Notes: generated by a model from the letters alone, not told the origin. A stretch of DNA of 64,000 nucleotides from an uncultured Acidobacteriota bacterium (GCA_963809485.1 CAWEJX010000007.1:384001-448000), one strand, 5' to 3'; positions 21,233 through 32,609 are shown, numbered from the stretch's first letter. Numbers and translations: made by a program.

Positions 21233-21763
21233 TTAGAAGAGCGCCGGCTTTGCGATCGCCCATGCCGCGATGGTCATTCCGTCCCATATGGTCCCATCCC
21301 GAATGAAACCGTCCAATTCGTCCATCGTGAGGCGAACCAGTTCGAAGCTTTCGGTATCATCCGGGCGGGCGCCTGCATAAGAAAGATTGCGGGCAATATA
21401 AACACGGCACATTTCGTCAAGCAATCCGTTGCACGGGTTGAAGCTGCCGACCCACAGGAGCTGTCCCGATAAAAAGCCGGCTTCCTCCAGCAGCTCATCC
21501 CTCGCCGTCTCGTCGAAGGTGCGTCCGTCCTTCAATCCGCCGCATGGAAATTCCACGCTGTCGCGGTTTCCCGTATAGCGGTATTGCCGGACCAGTAGAA
21601 AATTGCCTTCTACATCCTGCGGGACCACCATGGACGAGCCGTTTGTGCGCACATAATGATATTCCCCTGTTTTTCCCGAGGGAAGCTCAACCCGGTCCCG
21701 GCAATATTTCCACCAGGGATTCTCATAGATGATTTTTTTGGACAATCGCTTATAGGGTTCCAT
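21233..21763 (-). CDS. Nudix hydrolase (ADP-ribose pyrophosphatase-like)
   Basis: LVRQYRY, EFPCGG, Nudix box GGLKDGRTFDETARDELLEEAG. Confidence 0.85.
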   Translation of the reverse strand: MEPYKRLSKKIIYENPWWKYCRDRVELPSGKTGEYHYVRTNGSSMVVPQDVEGNFLLVRQYRYTGNRDSVEFPCGGLKDGRTFDETARDELLEEAGFLSGQLLWVGSFNPCNGLLDEMCRVYIARNLSYAGARPDDTESFELVRLTMDELDGFIRDGTIWDGMTIAAWAIAKPALF

Positions 21764-22115
21764 AAATCTCCCGGCGTCCTTGTTCAACAGATTTACACTG
21801 TACCCCATCGAAATGAAACAGACCACGAATTACCCGGCATGGCTCCCAGATTTTGGCCCATGACCGCTCTCCCCCACCTCCGGGTTTTAATGAGGACGGG
21901 CCTCCGCAAATTTTAACGCCGACGAACGCCGATAACCGCTGACGTACGCTGAAAAATAATAAATAAATATGATTTTCTAGGCATTTGCTATTGGTTGGGT
22001 GAGGACGGCTTTCCAGTGGCCGTTTCAAAAGCTCCGGAGGGCTGTACCTAACAAAATTTCAGCAGCCGAGATTTTGTTTTCCCTGATCCTATGCTTTGTG
22101 CTTCAATTCCGCATC

Positions 22116-23207
22116 ATGACTGCCGGAGTCTTTAATGCTGAGGAATTGCTCCGCCGGGTTTCCCGGTCTTTCTATCTGACGCTCCGGGTATTGCCGTGCT
22201 CTGTCAGGCAGCAGCTGAGCTGCGCCTATCTGCTGGCCCGTGCGGCGGACACGATAGCGGATACGCAGCTGGTCGCTGTTCCGCGCAGGCTGGAAGCTTT
22301 GCGGCAGTTGCGCTCAGGCATCCAGGCTGCCTGCGAAGACCGCACGCCTGAAACACCGGATCTCGGGGAACTGGCAAAAGCCCAAAGTTCGATTGCGGGC
22401 CAGGGGAATGCGGCGGAACGCAGTCTGCTCGAAAAGGCGGGATATCTGCTGGACTTGATGCGGGGATTCCAACCCGGGGATCGCCAGGTAACCGGCAGGG
22501 TGCTGGACACCATCACGCGAGGCCAGGAGCTGGACCTGATCCGCTTCGGTGAGGCCGCCAAAGGCCGCATCACGGCGCTTGGATCCGACGCGGATCTGGA
22601 TCATTACGCCTACTGTGTTGCCGGCTGCGTCGGAGAGTTCTGGACGAAAATGTGCCGTTCGCATGTATTTCCGGATTTGTTGATTCGTGAAGAGACCCTG
22701 CTGGCAAACGGCGTGCGGTTCGGCAAAGGCCTGCAGCTGGTGAATATTTTACGCGATCTGCCCGAGGACCTGCGCCGGGGACGCTGCTATATCCCGCAGG
22801 ATCGTCTTTCCGAACACGGGCTGCTGCCCGCGCAGTTGCTGGATCCGGCCGTGATCGTCCGGTTTCGCCCGCTGTACGACTCCTACTTGAAGCAGGCCGA
22901 GGAGCACCTGTCTGCCGGCTGGCAATACACCGCGATGCTGCCCTTCCGGCTTATGCGGATCCGCATGGCATGCGCCTGGCCGGCTCTTATCGGTATGAAG
23001 ACCCTGGCACGTCTGCGCAGCGGCAACGTGCTTGATGCCGGCAAACGCATCAAACTCGCACGGTCCGAGATCCGCCGCCTGATCGTCCGGTCCACGCTGC
23101 TCTATCCATTTCCGCCGGCATGGTCCCGCCTGTTTGAAGCAACTCGCAATGAATCAGCATCCCCACATGGTTCCGGCAGCCCCGACTCTCGGGCTGCATT
23201 TTTATGA
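22116..23207 (+). CDS. Squalene/phytoene synthase family protein
   Basis: SRSFYLTL, YLLARAADTIAD, YCVAGCVG, GKGLQLVNILRDLPED, RCYIP. Confidence 0.85.
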   Translation: MTAGVFNAEELLRRVSRSFYLTLRVLPCSVRQQLSCAYLLARAADTIADTQLVAVPRRLEALRQLRSGIQAACEDRTPETPDLGELAKAQSSIAGQGNAAERSLLEKAGYLLDLMRGFQPGDRQVTGRVLDTITRGQELDLIRFGEAAKGRITALGSDADLDHYAYCVAGCVGEFWTKMCRSHVFPDLLIREETLLANGVRFGKGLQLVNILRDLPEDLRRGRCYIPQDRLSEHGLLPAQLLDPAVIVRFRPLYDSYLKQAEEHLSAGWQYTAMLPFRLMRIRMACAWPALIGMKTLARLRSGNVLDAGKRIKLARSEIRRLIVRSTLLYPFPPAWSRLFEATRNESASPHGSGSPDSRAAFL

Positions 23208-23317
23208 AACAGGCCGGACGTTGCAGGAGGAATGCCTCAAAAAACCCGCGGGCTTCGCGCCTCCGCGTGAGTTTTTCCGGGTTGCGGCCAGGCCACAGCC
23301 TTATCTTTTGGCTTCTG

Positions 23318-24253
23318 CTATTTCTCGCCGCTGGCCAGGATTGTCTGAAAATGGGGCGGCTCTTCTTCGCGCGCGACCACGCTGATCTCGATTTTCCTGA
23401 AGCCGGCGTCTTCCAGCCAGCGGTGCAGGTCGCTTTCCGCAAAGCCGAGCCAGCGGTCGCCGTAGGATTCGTGCGCCTTCTCAAAGCCGTGCTTGAGCAG
23501 ATCAAGAATCAGGATCTGGCCGCTCGGGCGCGCAGCAGCCGATGCGCCGAGGCAATGGCGGCGGCCGGATTCTCTGCGTGATGCAGAGCCTGGCTCAGGA
23601 TCACCAGGTCGACGCTGCCGGGCTCGATCGGGGGATTCTGCAGATCGCCCAGCCGGAATTCGAGGTTCTTCAGGCCGTTCTTCCTGGCCTTGGCGGCGCC
23701 GAAAGCCACGATTTTTTCCGAATTGTCCACGGCAATCACCTTTTTGCAGCGCCGCGCCAGCAGTTCGCTCAACAAGCCCTTCCCCGGAACCCAGATCGGC
23801 GACCACCAGCGGCGGCACAATGCGCAGCAGCAGATGGCCGAATCCCTGCCAGGACCGGCCCGGCCCGTACACGCGGTCAAACCGTCCCGGCCACCTGGTT
23901 GAAGTAGACTTGTGCCTGCTCGCGCCGCCGGTTCAGGATGCGCTTCAGGTTGATCCGATCCGCCGGCGTATGTCCGGCAATTCGCGCGCGCCTTGAAAGG
24001 CCAGCTTCAGGAAATCCGCCGCCAGATCCGTCCGCCTCCCGTTCAGCTTGTAGAAGGTCCGCTTGCCTTCGCGCCGCGATTGCACCAGCCCGGATTCCTG
24101 CAGCAATCCCAGGTGCGTCGAAATTCGCGATTGCCCCAGGCGCGTGATCTCCTGCAGCTCCTGAACCGACAGCTCATTCTTTTCCAGCAGGGCGATGATT
24201 CGCAGCCGCGTTGCGTCCGACAATGCCCGCAGTGATTTGAGAACAGAGGACAT
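23318..24253 (-). pseudogene. ArsR-HTH + SAM-methyltransferase fusion regulator (SahR/SamR-like), broken by several frameshifts (real or artefactual)
   Basis: Fragments in successive frames: ALSDATRLRII...QSRISTHL (ArsR), YGPGRSW, VADLGSGEG, IAVDNSEK...LSQALHHA, LILDLLKH...WLGF; divergent from ahcY. Confidence 0.8.
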
Positions 24254-24295
24254 ATGCCAGCGCTCCCAGATCAATTTCCGCCGTCAAAATAACTA

Positions 24296-24344
24296 TTGAC
24301 GTCTTGCAAAAATCATATATCATCTTATCCGGATTTGTCGATAT
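24296..24344 (+). promoter_or_regulatory. Putative sigma70 promoter for ahcY with adjacent SahR-type operator
   Basis: TTGACG (24296)-16 bp-TATCAT (24318); dyad TTATC-N10-GATAT at 24325-24344. Confidence 0.5.
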
Positions 24345-24406
24345 GTTGTTTGAGGTGTCTCCCGCGAAGGTGTTCCTGGTTTGCAGCCTGAAGGGGATTG
24401 CCACAT

Positions 24407-25875
24407 ATGACAGCAACAAAAGTTCTCGATGCTCAACAGTCGAAGAATCCGCACAAGAGACGCGGCGCCGAATGCCGGATATCTCGTCCGCGATATCAGT
24501 CTTGCCGAATGGGGCCGCAAGGAAATATCGGTTGCCGAGCAGGAGATGCCCGGGCTCATGGCGGTGCGCGCAAAATACGGTCCTCAAAAGCCGCTGACCG
24601 GCGTGCGCATTTCCGGATCGCTGCACATGACGATTGAAACCGCAGTGCTCATCGAAACGCTGGTCCAGCTTGGGGCTTCGGTGCGCTGGGCAAGCTGCAA
24701 TATCTTCAGCACGCAGGATCACGCCGCGGCGGCGATGGCGGACGCCGGGATCCCGGTCTTCGCCTTCAAGGGAGAAAGCCTCGAGGAGTACTGGGATTTC
24801 ACCCTGGCCGCGCTCACGCATCCCGGCAATCAGGGTCCGGAGCTTGATCGTCGACGACGGCGGAGACGCCACGCTGCTGCTGCACAAAGGCTATGAGATG
24901 GAGCACGGCAGCGACTGGGTGCGGACGCCCGGTGCCAGCCACGAAGAGCAGGTCATCAAAAACCTGCTTAAGAAGTGCGCGCAGGAGCGTCCCGGCTGGT
25001 TTACGCAAGCCGTCAAGGGATGGAAAGGCGTCAGCGAGGAAACCACCACCGGCGTGCATCGCCTGTACCAGATGCTCGAAGCCGGCACGCTGCTCGTGCC
25101 CGCCATCAACGTCAACGACTCGGTCACCAAATCAAAATTCGACAATCTCTACGGCTGCCGCGAATCGCTGGCCGACGGACTCAAGCGCGCGCTGGGCGTC
25201 ATGATTGCCGGCAAGACCGCCGTTGTCTGCGGCTACGGCGATGTGGGCAAGGGCAGCGCGCATTCCCTGCGCGGTTTCGGCGCGCGCGTGATCGTCACCG
25301 AAATCGATCCCATCAATGCGCTTCAGGCCGCCATGGAAGGATTCGAGGTGACGCGCATTGAGGAAACGCTGGGCGAAGGCGACATCTATGTCACCTGCAC
25401 CGGCAACTGCGACGTCATCACGCTGGAACATATGCTGAAAATGAAGGACCAGGCGATCGTCTGCAACATCGGGCACTTCGACAACGAAATCCAGGTGGAC
25501 CGGCTGAACCAGGCGCCGGCAGTGCAGAAGGTCAACATCAAGCCGCAGGTGGATCGCTATGATCTGCCCGGCAATCGCAGCATCTATCTGCTGGCGGAAG
25601 GGCGTCTCGTAAATCTCGGCTGCGCCGAAGGACACCCGAGCTTTGTCATGTCCAATTCATTCACCAACCAGTGCCTGGCTCAGCTCGATCTGTGGGCGCA
25701 TCGCGCCGAATACAAGCCGGCCGTCTATCGCCTGCCGAAGCGGCTCGACGAAGAAGTCGCCCGGCTGCATCTCGAAAAAATCGGCGTGAAGCTGACGACG
25801 CTGACGCAGAAGCAGGCCGACTACATCGGCGTCCCCGTCGACGGCCCCTACAAGCCGGATCATTATCGGTACTGA
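24407..25875 (+). CDS. ahcY: Adenosylhomocysteinase, with a +1 frameshift near 24845 and an uncertain start (24407 or 24429)
   Basis: [26 protein letters not shown] in the first frame; [41 protein letters not shown] in the second. Confidence 0.93.
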
Positions 25876-26218
25876 CCGTCCGCGTCAGTCTGCAGGGCGG
25901 TCCGAAGCGCCGATTGTTTGCATTTCCGAACGCGCTCCTGCATCTTTAATAATGGGCGGCCCAGTGGCCGCCCCTGAGCACACCATGGGAGGTGCCTCTT
26001 CGTCTCTTGCATGTTGACTGTCACCTTAAGGATCATCGTTCATCGGCGTTATTTCAGCGTTCGTCAGCGTTCCCTGATCCTGGAGCCGTCAATCCCTGCA
26101 AGTCCCATAACAATCCCCTTTGGCGATGAATAATTGACTTGCCAGCGATTATGGCCGCCCCGGCGGATTTGCTCTGGTGCAGAAGCTTGACCTGAGCTAA
26201 GCTGAGGCCTTCGAATCT

Positions 26219-27121
26219 ATGGCCGACAACGGGATTATCGCCATTCTTGCGGATACGGGGCCCTTGACGGGCGCTCAGCTCGTCGAGCGTACCGGAATGA
26301 GTGTTTTCCAGCTCTGGCAGTCCTGCCGGAAAAATCCTTCTATCCGCCTCTTTTCAGCTGCCAGGCGCTTTCTCCGGCTCGACCGCACGGTCGCGGGTTA
26401 CGCCCGGCTCTCTCCGTCCATTCGAAGGGAATTTCTCACATACACGCATGTGGGGCTTGACAGCCAGATCGACGCGCTGGCAGCCAAAACCGAAGCTTTC
26501 AGGCTGGAGACGAAACAGATCAGTCAAACCAAGCAGGAGATCGCCCGGGAATGCGTCGTGTCCGCCCTGGAGCTTCTGCCCGACAGGGACCGTATCCTGG
26601 AAAAAGCCTGTTTTCTCATTGCCGGCGACGTGGTCTACGACATGTCCCATACGGTGCCGCGGCCGGAGAAAAGCACCGGGGAAATGGTCCGCGGTTCCGA
26701 CCTGGATATCGTTGTGGTCGCCGAAGACGGCCTGAATCCGGAATATGTGCGCGCCTTTGATGCGGCCTTTCACAAGAGAAAGCACCTGCTACTGGTCAAC
26801 GACCGGGAAGAGATCGACTACCTGATCAAATCCATGTCCCGGGTCCGCGAACAGCTCAAGTTCGACATATTCTCCTCCATGGTCGCCTGCAAGATACTCG
26901 ACGAAAGCCGTCTCCTGTTCGGCAATCCCGCCGTCTTCCGGGCCGTCAAAGACATGCTCATCGAATGCGGCATTCCGGAAAAGCTGAAGAGCCTCGAGGA
27001 GCAGGCCGCTGCCAGCCGGGACCTGGCCGAAAATCAGCTGCTCGATGTCCGGGCCGAAGGAGACCAGAGCGAGTACTACAATCTCTTCTACACGCACGCG
27101 GAGGAAGATGAGATATACTGA
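26219..27121 (+). CDS. Hypothetical protein: N-terminal winged-HTH-like region plus Pol-beta-like nucleotidyltransferase motif
   Basis: IIAILADTGPLTGAQLVERTG (wHTH-like); FLIAGDVV...GSDLDIVVV and a later EIDYLI. Confidence 0.55.
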   Translation: MADNGIIAILADTGPLTGAQLVERTGMSVFQLWQSCRKNPSIRLFSAARRFLRLDRTVAGYARLSPSIRREFLTYTHVGLDSQIDALAAKTEAFRLETKQISQTKQEIARECVVSALELLPDRDRILEKACFLIAGDVVYDMSHTVPRPEKSTGEMVRGSDLDIVVVAEDGLNPEYVRAFDAAFHKRKHLLLVNDREEIDYLIKSMSRVREQLKFDIFSSMVACKILDESRLLFGNPAVFRAVKDMLIECGIPEKLKSLEEQAAASRDLAENQLLDVRAEGDQSEYYNLFYTHAEEDEIY

Positions 27122-27182
27122 TTCCGGATTCGCGCTGGAAACGATGAAAACCGTATTCCCGGAATTTCGCGACCTATTGAAT

Positions 27183-28211
27183 ATGCATACGCTGCGCGCT
27201 TTCGTGCTATCGATTCTGCTGATTCTGACGGCATGCGGTCTGGTTCCTGATGATGCCGTTGTGCCGCATCCCATCAGCGTCAGCGCCAAACGGGTCGACG
27301 CTTTCGATCTCAACGATCCCTCGCGCAGCCGTTTCGGCGATCTTGATTTCCGGGGCGGGCTGATTCTCAAATCCCCGGACCCTTCCTTCGGCGGCTTTTC
27401 CTCTCTGAATGTTCAGCCGGATGGATCGCACTTTCTCGCGCTTTCCGACCAGGGCAATTGGCTGCGCGGCCGCATCGTCTACCAGGAAAACCATCCCGCA
27501 GCGATCAGCGATGCCAAAATGGCGCCGGCTTTGCGCGCCGACGGCAAAGTCTCCGGCCGATGGGACACCGAATCGATGGCACGGGACGGAGGCATCCTGT
27601 ACGTCGGCGTCGAGCGCGAAAATCAAATCTTCCGCTTCAATTACGGGCATAAAGGCCTGCGCGCTCCCGGGAAACCAATCCCGATTCCGCCCGCCATGAA
27701 GGATCTGCCGTTCAACCAGGGTCTCGAGGCATTGGTCTTCGTCCCCCAAAAACGTCCGCTCGGCGGCACGCTGATTGCATTGTCGGAGCAGGGCCTGAAC
27801 GAAGCCGGCGATATCAAGGCGTTTCTGATAGGAGGGCCGAGTCCCGGCACTTTCTACGTGAAGCGCACGGACGGGTATGACATCAGCGACGCCTCGCTGC
27901 TGCCGGGAAACGATCTTCTGGTCCTCGAGCGGCAGTACTCTCCCTTGACCGGAGTCTCGGTCCGCATCCGGCGCATTCCGCTGGCGACGATCCTCCCGGG
28001 AGCCACAGTCGACGGCCCTACCATTCTGGAGGCCAAGACAGGATGCGTGATCGACAATATGGAGGCTTTGAGCGTATATCAGACCCCTGCCGGCGCCACG
28101 GTGCTCACGCTCCTGTCGGACGACAATTTCTCGCCGGTTCAGCAGACCATACTGCTGCAGTTTACCCTGGCGGGAAACGGAGCTTCAAAGCCGCGCGCAT
28201 CCGCAAAATGA
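27183..28211 (+). CDS. Esterase-like activity of phytase family lipoprotein
   Basis: Lipobox LTAC; FGGFSSL, ALSDQG, DTESM, NQGLEAL, LVLER, DNMEAL, LSDDNF. Confidence 0.8.
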   Translation: MHTLRAFVLSILLILTACGLVPDDAVVPHPISVSAKRVDAFDLNDPSRSRFGDLDFRGGLILKSPDPSFGGFSSLNVQPDGSHFLALSDQGNWLRGRIVYQENHPAAISDAKMAPALRADGKVSGRWDTESMARDGGILYVGVERENQIFRFNYGHKGLRAPGKPIPIPPAMKDLPFNQGLEALVFVPQKRPLGGTLIALSEQGLNEAGDIKAFLIGGPSPGTFYVKRTDGYDISDASLLPGNDLLVLERQYSPLTGVSVRIRRIPLATILPGATVDGPTILEAKTGCVIDNMEALSVYQTPAGATVLTLLSDDNFSPVQQTILLQFTLAGNGASKPRASAK

Positions 28212-28218
28212 GGGTGAC

Positions 28219-29740
28219 GTGAAGAGACCCCTTCCCGGAATTACCTGCCTTCTGCTTTTCTGCATTGCCCTCCAGATGCCCCTGATTGCTCAACAGGTGT
28301 CTCTGACCATCCTCCACACAAACGATACCCACGGGCATCTGCTGCCTTTCAGCTACCCCTCGGTGGTTTCACCGGCGTCCGAACTAGCCGCCATCAAGGC
28401 GCGCACGGATATCGGCGGCATCGCCCGCAGGGCAACTATTGTGCGCCGCCTGCGCAACGAGCTCGGGGGGCAAGGCACGGCGGTATGGCTCGTCGACACC
28501 GGGGATTTTTAGTGACGGCACGCCCTTCTCGACCGAATATCACGGGGAAGCGGACGCGGCAGCCATGAATGCCGCAGGCTATGATTTCGGTGCGCTGGGC
28601 AACCACGAATTCAACCTTCCACTCTCCCGTCTTAAGAGCCTTATCGGTATGTTTCGCTATCCGGTTTTGTGCGCCAATGCCATTGAAAATTCCACCAGCC
28701 GGCCATTGGCGCAGCCTTCCGTCATTCGAGAACTGGGCCCGCTCAGGATAGGCATTTTCGGCCTTCTCACTCGCAGCACCGCGGGATATCCGGCAACAAA
28801 GGAGGGAGTGACCATCCTGGGAGAAATCGATACGGCTCAGCGCATGATGAGTGTTCTCCGTCCGGAGGCGGACATCATCCTGGCCCTGTCGCACGCGGGC
28901 GAGCAGATGGACCAACAGATATCCGCGGCCGTGCCGGGGATCGACGTTATCATAGGAGGGCACTCTCACTCCCGCCTCCCTTTCGGCCAGATTGTCTGGC
29001 GCTCGGAAGAGCTCAAGTCCGGTGAAGTCAACGGCACCGTCATCGTGCAGGCTCATCAATGGGGAGGGGAACTGGGGCGCCTGGACCTGCTGTTCGTCCG
29101 GGACGACCGGGGCGCCTGGCACGTCTCGCGCTACAGAGCGCTGCTCATACCGGTTACGTCGGAAATTCCGGAAGACGAAGCCGTTGCCGCCGTTGTCGAC
29201 CGCTATTGGAAACCGATTGCCGCGCGCCACGGGGAAATCATCGGCGAGGCTGCCGCGGACTTTGTCGAACGAGGGGACGACCTGGCGCAATACAACCTTG
29301 TGGCGGACGCGGTACGCGAGACTTTCGGAACCGAAATTGAGCTGGAAAACATGGGCGGAGTCCGCGCGCCCCTTATCAAGGGCCAAATCACCCGCGCGAA
29401 CCTGGTCGAGATGGACCCGTTCAACAATACCGTCGTGACCTTCAGGATCAGTGGCCGGCGCCTGAGCCGCATTCTGGAAGCTCAGCGGCCGGCGGTTTCC
29501 GGACTGAAGTATCGGATTGAAAACCAAAAGGCCGCGGATGTGACCGTCGCTGGCCGTCCGCTGATCGCAACCCGCATGTATACCGGTTCCTCAAATTCGT
29601 ACTTCGCCGGATTTGCATTGAAGGGGATTCCGGTCCAAGATACCGGCAGGCAGCGGCTTGACGTGATCATCGACTATGTACGAAAAAAGAAGATTGTGCG
29701 TCCTGCGTTTGACGGGCGCCGCGTCATCCTGGAGCCTTGA
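28219..29740 (+). CDS. Secreted 5'-nucleotidase/metallophosphoesterase, +1 frameshift in a T-run near 28508
   Basis: Signal peptide; LHTNDTHG, DTGDF, LGNHEF, LSHAG, GGHSH; C-terminal NMGGVR and PFNN. Confidence 0.88.
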
Positions 29741-29801
29741 TACAGATACCCTGCAGAGAAATCCGGCCACCGCCGGAACCTTTTGAACCGCAGAATGTCA
29801 A

Positions 29802-30041
29802 GTCAGGTGCCTCCGGCAAAGCCGGAGGCTTGAAAGATAGGAACCGCTCAAAGCGGTTGGACTAGTTACGCCGGTCTTGAACGCTGACTTACGCGGGCAA
29901 AAGCCGATGAGGCGCTTCCGAGCCTCGCCGAACAAATCGGCGTTTTTCAGCGCTTTTATCAGCGTTTCTCAGCGTTTCAAAATACGGAGCTGTCAAACTC
30001 TTTGAGTCCCCGGCAGCGCCGGGGATTTATCAATGTAATTA
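29802..30041 (-). mobile_element. IS200/IS605-like non-autonomous element, copy 2 (internal nested hairpin deleted)
   Basis: Same ends as copy 1; interior joins GAGGCGCTTCCGA directly to GCCTCGCCGAACAAATCGG. Confidence 0.8.
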
Positions 30042-30136
30042 TGGCCTTCCGCGCCCGCTGAAGCGTAAAATGAAATTCAGCAATTCCTGCATTTTTGCAT
30101 TTGGAGCTTCTGCTGCAAATCCGGAGGCGTGCTGCC

Positions 30137-31318
30137 ATGAAGCAATCGCTCCTGTGCCTCTTCCTGTTTGTTTCCTGCAATGCGCCTCCATGCGGCGCCC
30201 AGGACGTTTTGCACCGCGAGCGTGTGCGCGAGGGCATCCGCGCCATATACAACCTGGATTATGACGGGGCTCAGCGGATATTTGATCAGATCAAGAAGGA
30301 TGATCCCGGCAGTCCTGTGGGCTACGGGATGACGGCGCTTACAGCCTGGCACAAACTCCTGTACTCGGCCAGAAATCCGGCCGTCTTCGAATATGGGATC
30401 CCGACTCCGTTCGGTCACGCTCCGGCCCCCTCTGAATCCATAACTCCCGAACAGCAGGCTTTTCTGGATGCGAACAAGGCGCTCCAGGATTTCTGCGACA
30501 AGCTTCTCCAGGAAGATCCCAGGAATGCTCTGGCCCTGTATTTTAAAGGCGTGTCATTCGAGAATCAGTCCACGCAGGCCTTAACCATCGAAAGAAAATA
30601 CATGATCGCGATACGCCACGCAAAAATAGCCGGCAAGCTTCACAGGGATGCCCTGGCCCTGGAACCGGCGCTGGTCGACGCCAAGACCAGCACCGCCGTC
30701 CCGGAGTATGTGGTCGGAACCTACAACATCACTGTCCGCTGGATCGGCCTGTTTTTGGGCCTGCGCGGCAACAAAAAAGCTGCCGTCGAGAAGCTTACGG
30801 AAGTCATGGACAAGGGCGTGTACAGGGCTATGGACGCACGGCTGGTCCTGGGGATGCTCCAGGCGTGGAGGGGAGATCCCAAACAGGCAGCGTCCCTTTT
30901 CGCCGGGCTGCGCGCGGAGCACCCGCGCAGCTTCCTGGGCGACCTGGCTCTGGCGACGGCTTACGAGGAATCGGCAAAGGATTTGAAATCCGCAATCGGC
31001 GTCTATCAGGAATTGCTCCGGGATATGGCGATGAAGGCGCCGGGCATCCATCCGGCTGAGATCCATTTACGGATCGGCAAAGACTACGCCCTGCTGGGCG
31101 ATTACGACTTCGCCATGAAGCATTTGGATAAAGCCCTCCAATCCGTCCAGGGGCACCCTGAAACCACGCCGCTGGTTTATTACCAAATGGCCCTCATTCA
31201 TGAAAAGCGGAGAGACAAAGCAGCGGCCAGGGATTGCTACCGGCAGGTTGCCGCCTATTCCGGACCGTCCGGATTGATTGAAGAGGAAATGAACCGCGCC
31301 AGAAAGAAGATCCGCTAG
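30137..31318 (+). CDS. Secreted TPR-repeat protein
   Basis: Hydrophobic N-terminus; TPR-like helical repeats (IHLRIGKDYALLGDYDFAMKHLDKAL; VYYQMALIHEKRRDKAAARDCY). Confidence 0.7.
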   Translation: MKQSLLCLFLFVSCNAPPCGAQDVLHRERVREGIRAIYNLDYDGAQRIFDQIKKDDPGSPVGYGMTALTAWHKLLYSARNPAVFEYGIPTPFGHAPAPSESITPEQQAFLDANKALQDFCDKLLQEDPRNALALYFKGVSFENQSTQALTIERKYMIAIRHAKIAGKLHRDALALEPALVDAKTSTAVPEYVVGTYNITVRWIGLFLGLRGNKKAAVEKLTEVMDKGVYRAMDARLVLGMLQAWRGDPKQAASLFAGLRAEHPRSFLGDLALATAYEESAKDLKSAIGVYQELLRDMAMKAPGIHPAEIHLRIGKDYALLGDYDFAMKHLDKALQSVQGHPETTPLVYYQMALIHEKRRDKAAARDCYRQVAAYSGPSGLIEEEMNRARKKIR

Positions 31319-31347
31319 AAAACCGCCGCTGGCGACAGGCCTGGGTA

Positions 31348-32601
31348 TCATTCGGCCCGGAGAGCTTCGACCGGATCGAGCCGGGAAGCCTTGACGGCCG
31401 GCCAGGTGCCTGAAATAAGCCCTATGATTGCGATGGTGATGAACGACGTGAAGAAGACTCCCGTATCGACAATCAGACGTATATCCCCCTGCCCGCTGGT
31501 GTCCTCGAAAACCGCGCCGAGAAACGGAATGACCCCGATCCAGTGCGCAAGCAGGATTGCCAGAAGGTAGCCCAGGACTCCTCCCATCAGCGACAATGCC
31601 AGCGCTTCGCCCAGGAATTGCATGCGGATGTGCCGCTTGCGGGCGCCCAAAGCCCTGAGCACGCCGATTTCCTGGGTCCGTTCCTGCACGCAGAAAAGCA
31701 TGATATTCATAATGCCGATCCCGGCGACTGCCAGGGTCAGCAGGCCGATGGCCTTAAGCAGCCCCTTGGTGGCCAGAGCGAGGCCGTTGACGATTTTGAT
31801 CCCCTCGCTGTACTTGTCCAGGATCAGGGCCTTGGAATCCGCAGGGTTGAATTTGTGGATTTCGCCCAGGACCTGCAGGACCTGCCTTACGGCAGGCTCT
31901 TCCATCCCGCCGCTCACCGGCTGGAACACAAGAACGCTGTTATAGCGTATGTCCATCATGATCCCCATCACATCAATCGGGATCATGGCGCAAAAATCAT
32001 CGTCGGAAAAATAACTGGACAATGAGATCTTCTTTCGCAACACGCCCACAACCGTAAAGCGTATGCCGTTGATGAAGACGTCCTGGTCCAGCGCAGGCGC
32101 CTGGCTGAAAAGCTTTTTCTTCACGCCGCTTCCCAGCACGACCACCCGGCGCATTGCAGAGACATCTTCCGCACTGAGGAAGCGCCCTTCCTGAATATAC
32201 ATGCCGCGCATGGCGCCGTATTCATCATTTACCGCGCGGATTCCCGCGGTCGTGATCCGGTCGCCCCAGCGCAGCTGAAATTCGTCGTAAACCTCCGGGC
32301 TCACGCGCTTCACCAGCGTGCAACGCTGCCGGATCGCTTCCACGTCGTCCGGCTGCGTTCGAATGACCCGGCCCGATCTCGAGCCGCCCGCCTGCATGGA
32401 GGTCTGGCCGTTCCAGACGACCACGACGTTATCTCCAAAATATTTCATGCCCAGCAGCAGGGCCCGCTGGAAATCCTCGCCATAGGCGATCAGCAGGATG
32501 AACGATGCGATCCCCCAGGCGATCCCCAGCACCGTCATGACGGAGCGCTTCCCGTACGCCGCCAGATTTTCGATGACCCGCCGAACTATTTCGAGAACCA
32601 T
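31348..32601 (-). CDS. MacB/FtsX-family ABC permease
   Basis: RSVMTVLGIAWG, GIGIMNIMLFCVQERTQEIG, PAVKASRLDPVEALRAE. Confidence 0.88.
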   Translation of the reverse strand: MVLEIVRRVIENLAAYGKRSVMTVLGIAWGIASFILLIAYGEDFQRALLLGMKYFGDNVVVVWNGQTSMQAGGSRSGRVIRTQPDDVEAIRQRCTLVKRVSPEVYDEFQLRWGDRITTAGIRAVNDEYGAMRGMYIQEGRFLSAEDVSAMRRVVVLGSGVKKKLFSQAPALDQDVFINGIRFTVVGVLRKKISLSSYFSDDDFCAMIPIDVMGIMMDIRYNSVLVFQPVSGGMEEPAVRQVLQVLGEIHKFNPADSKALILDKYSEGIKIVNGLALATKGLLKAIGLLTLAVAGIGIMNIMLFCVQERTQEIGVLRALGARKRHIRMQFLGEALALSLMGGVLGYLLAILLAHWIGVIPFLGAVFEDTSGQGDIRLIVDTGVFFTSFITIAIIGLISGTWPAVKASRLDPVEALRAE

Positions 32602-32609
32602 CTTTCTCC

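Noticed and set aside
21916-21956. Additional copies of the mobile element at ~21.9, ~26.05 and ~53.4 kb
   Set aside because: Only the low-complexity TCAGCG/TCGGCG repeat tract is shared; the terminal hairpins are absent
24830-24860. Programmed ribosomal frameshift in ahcY
   Set aside because: No slippery heptamer; one of many scattered indels in the window
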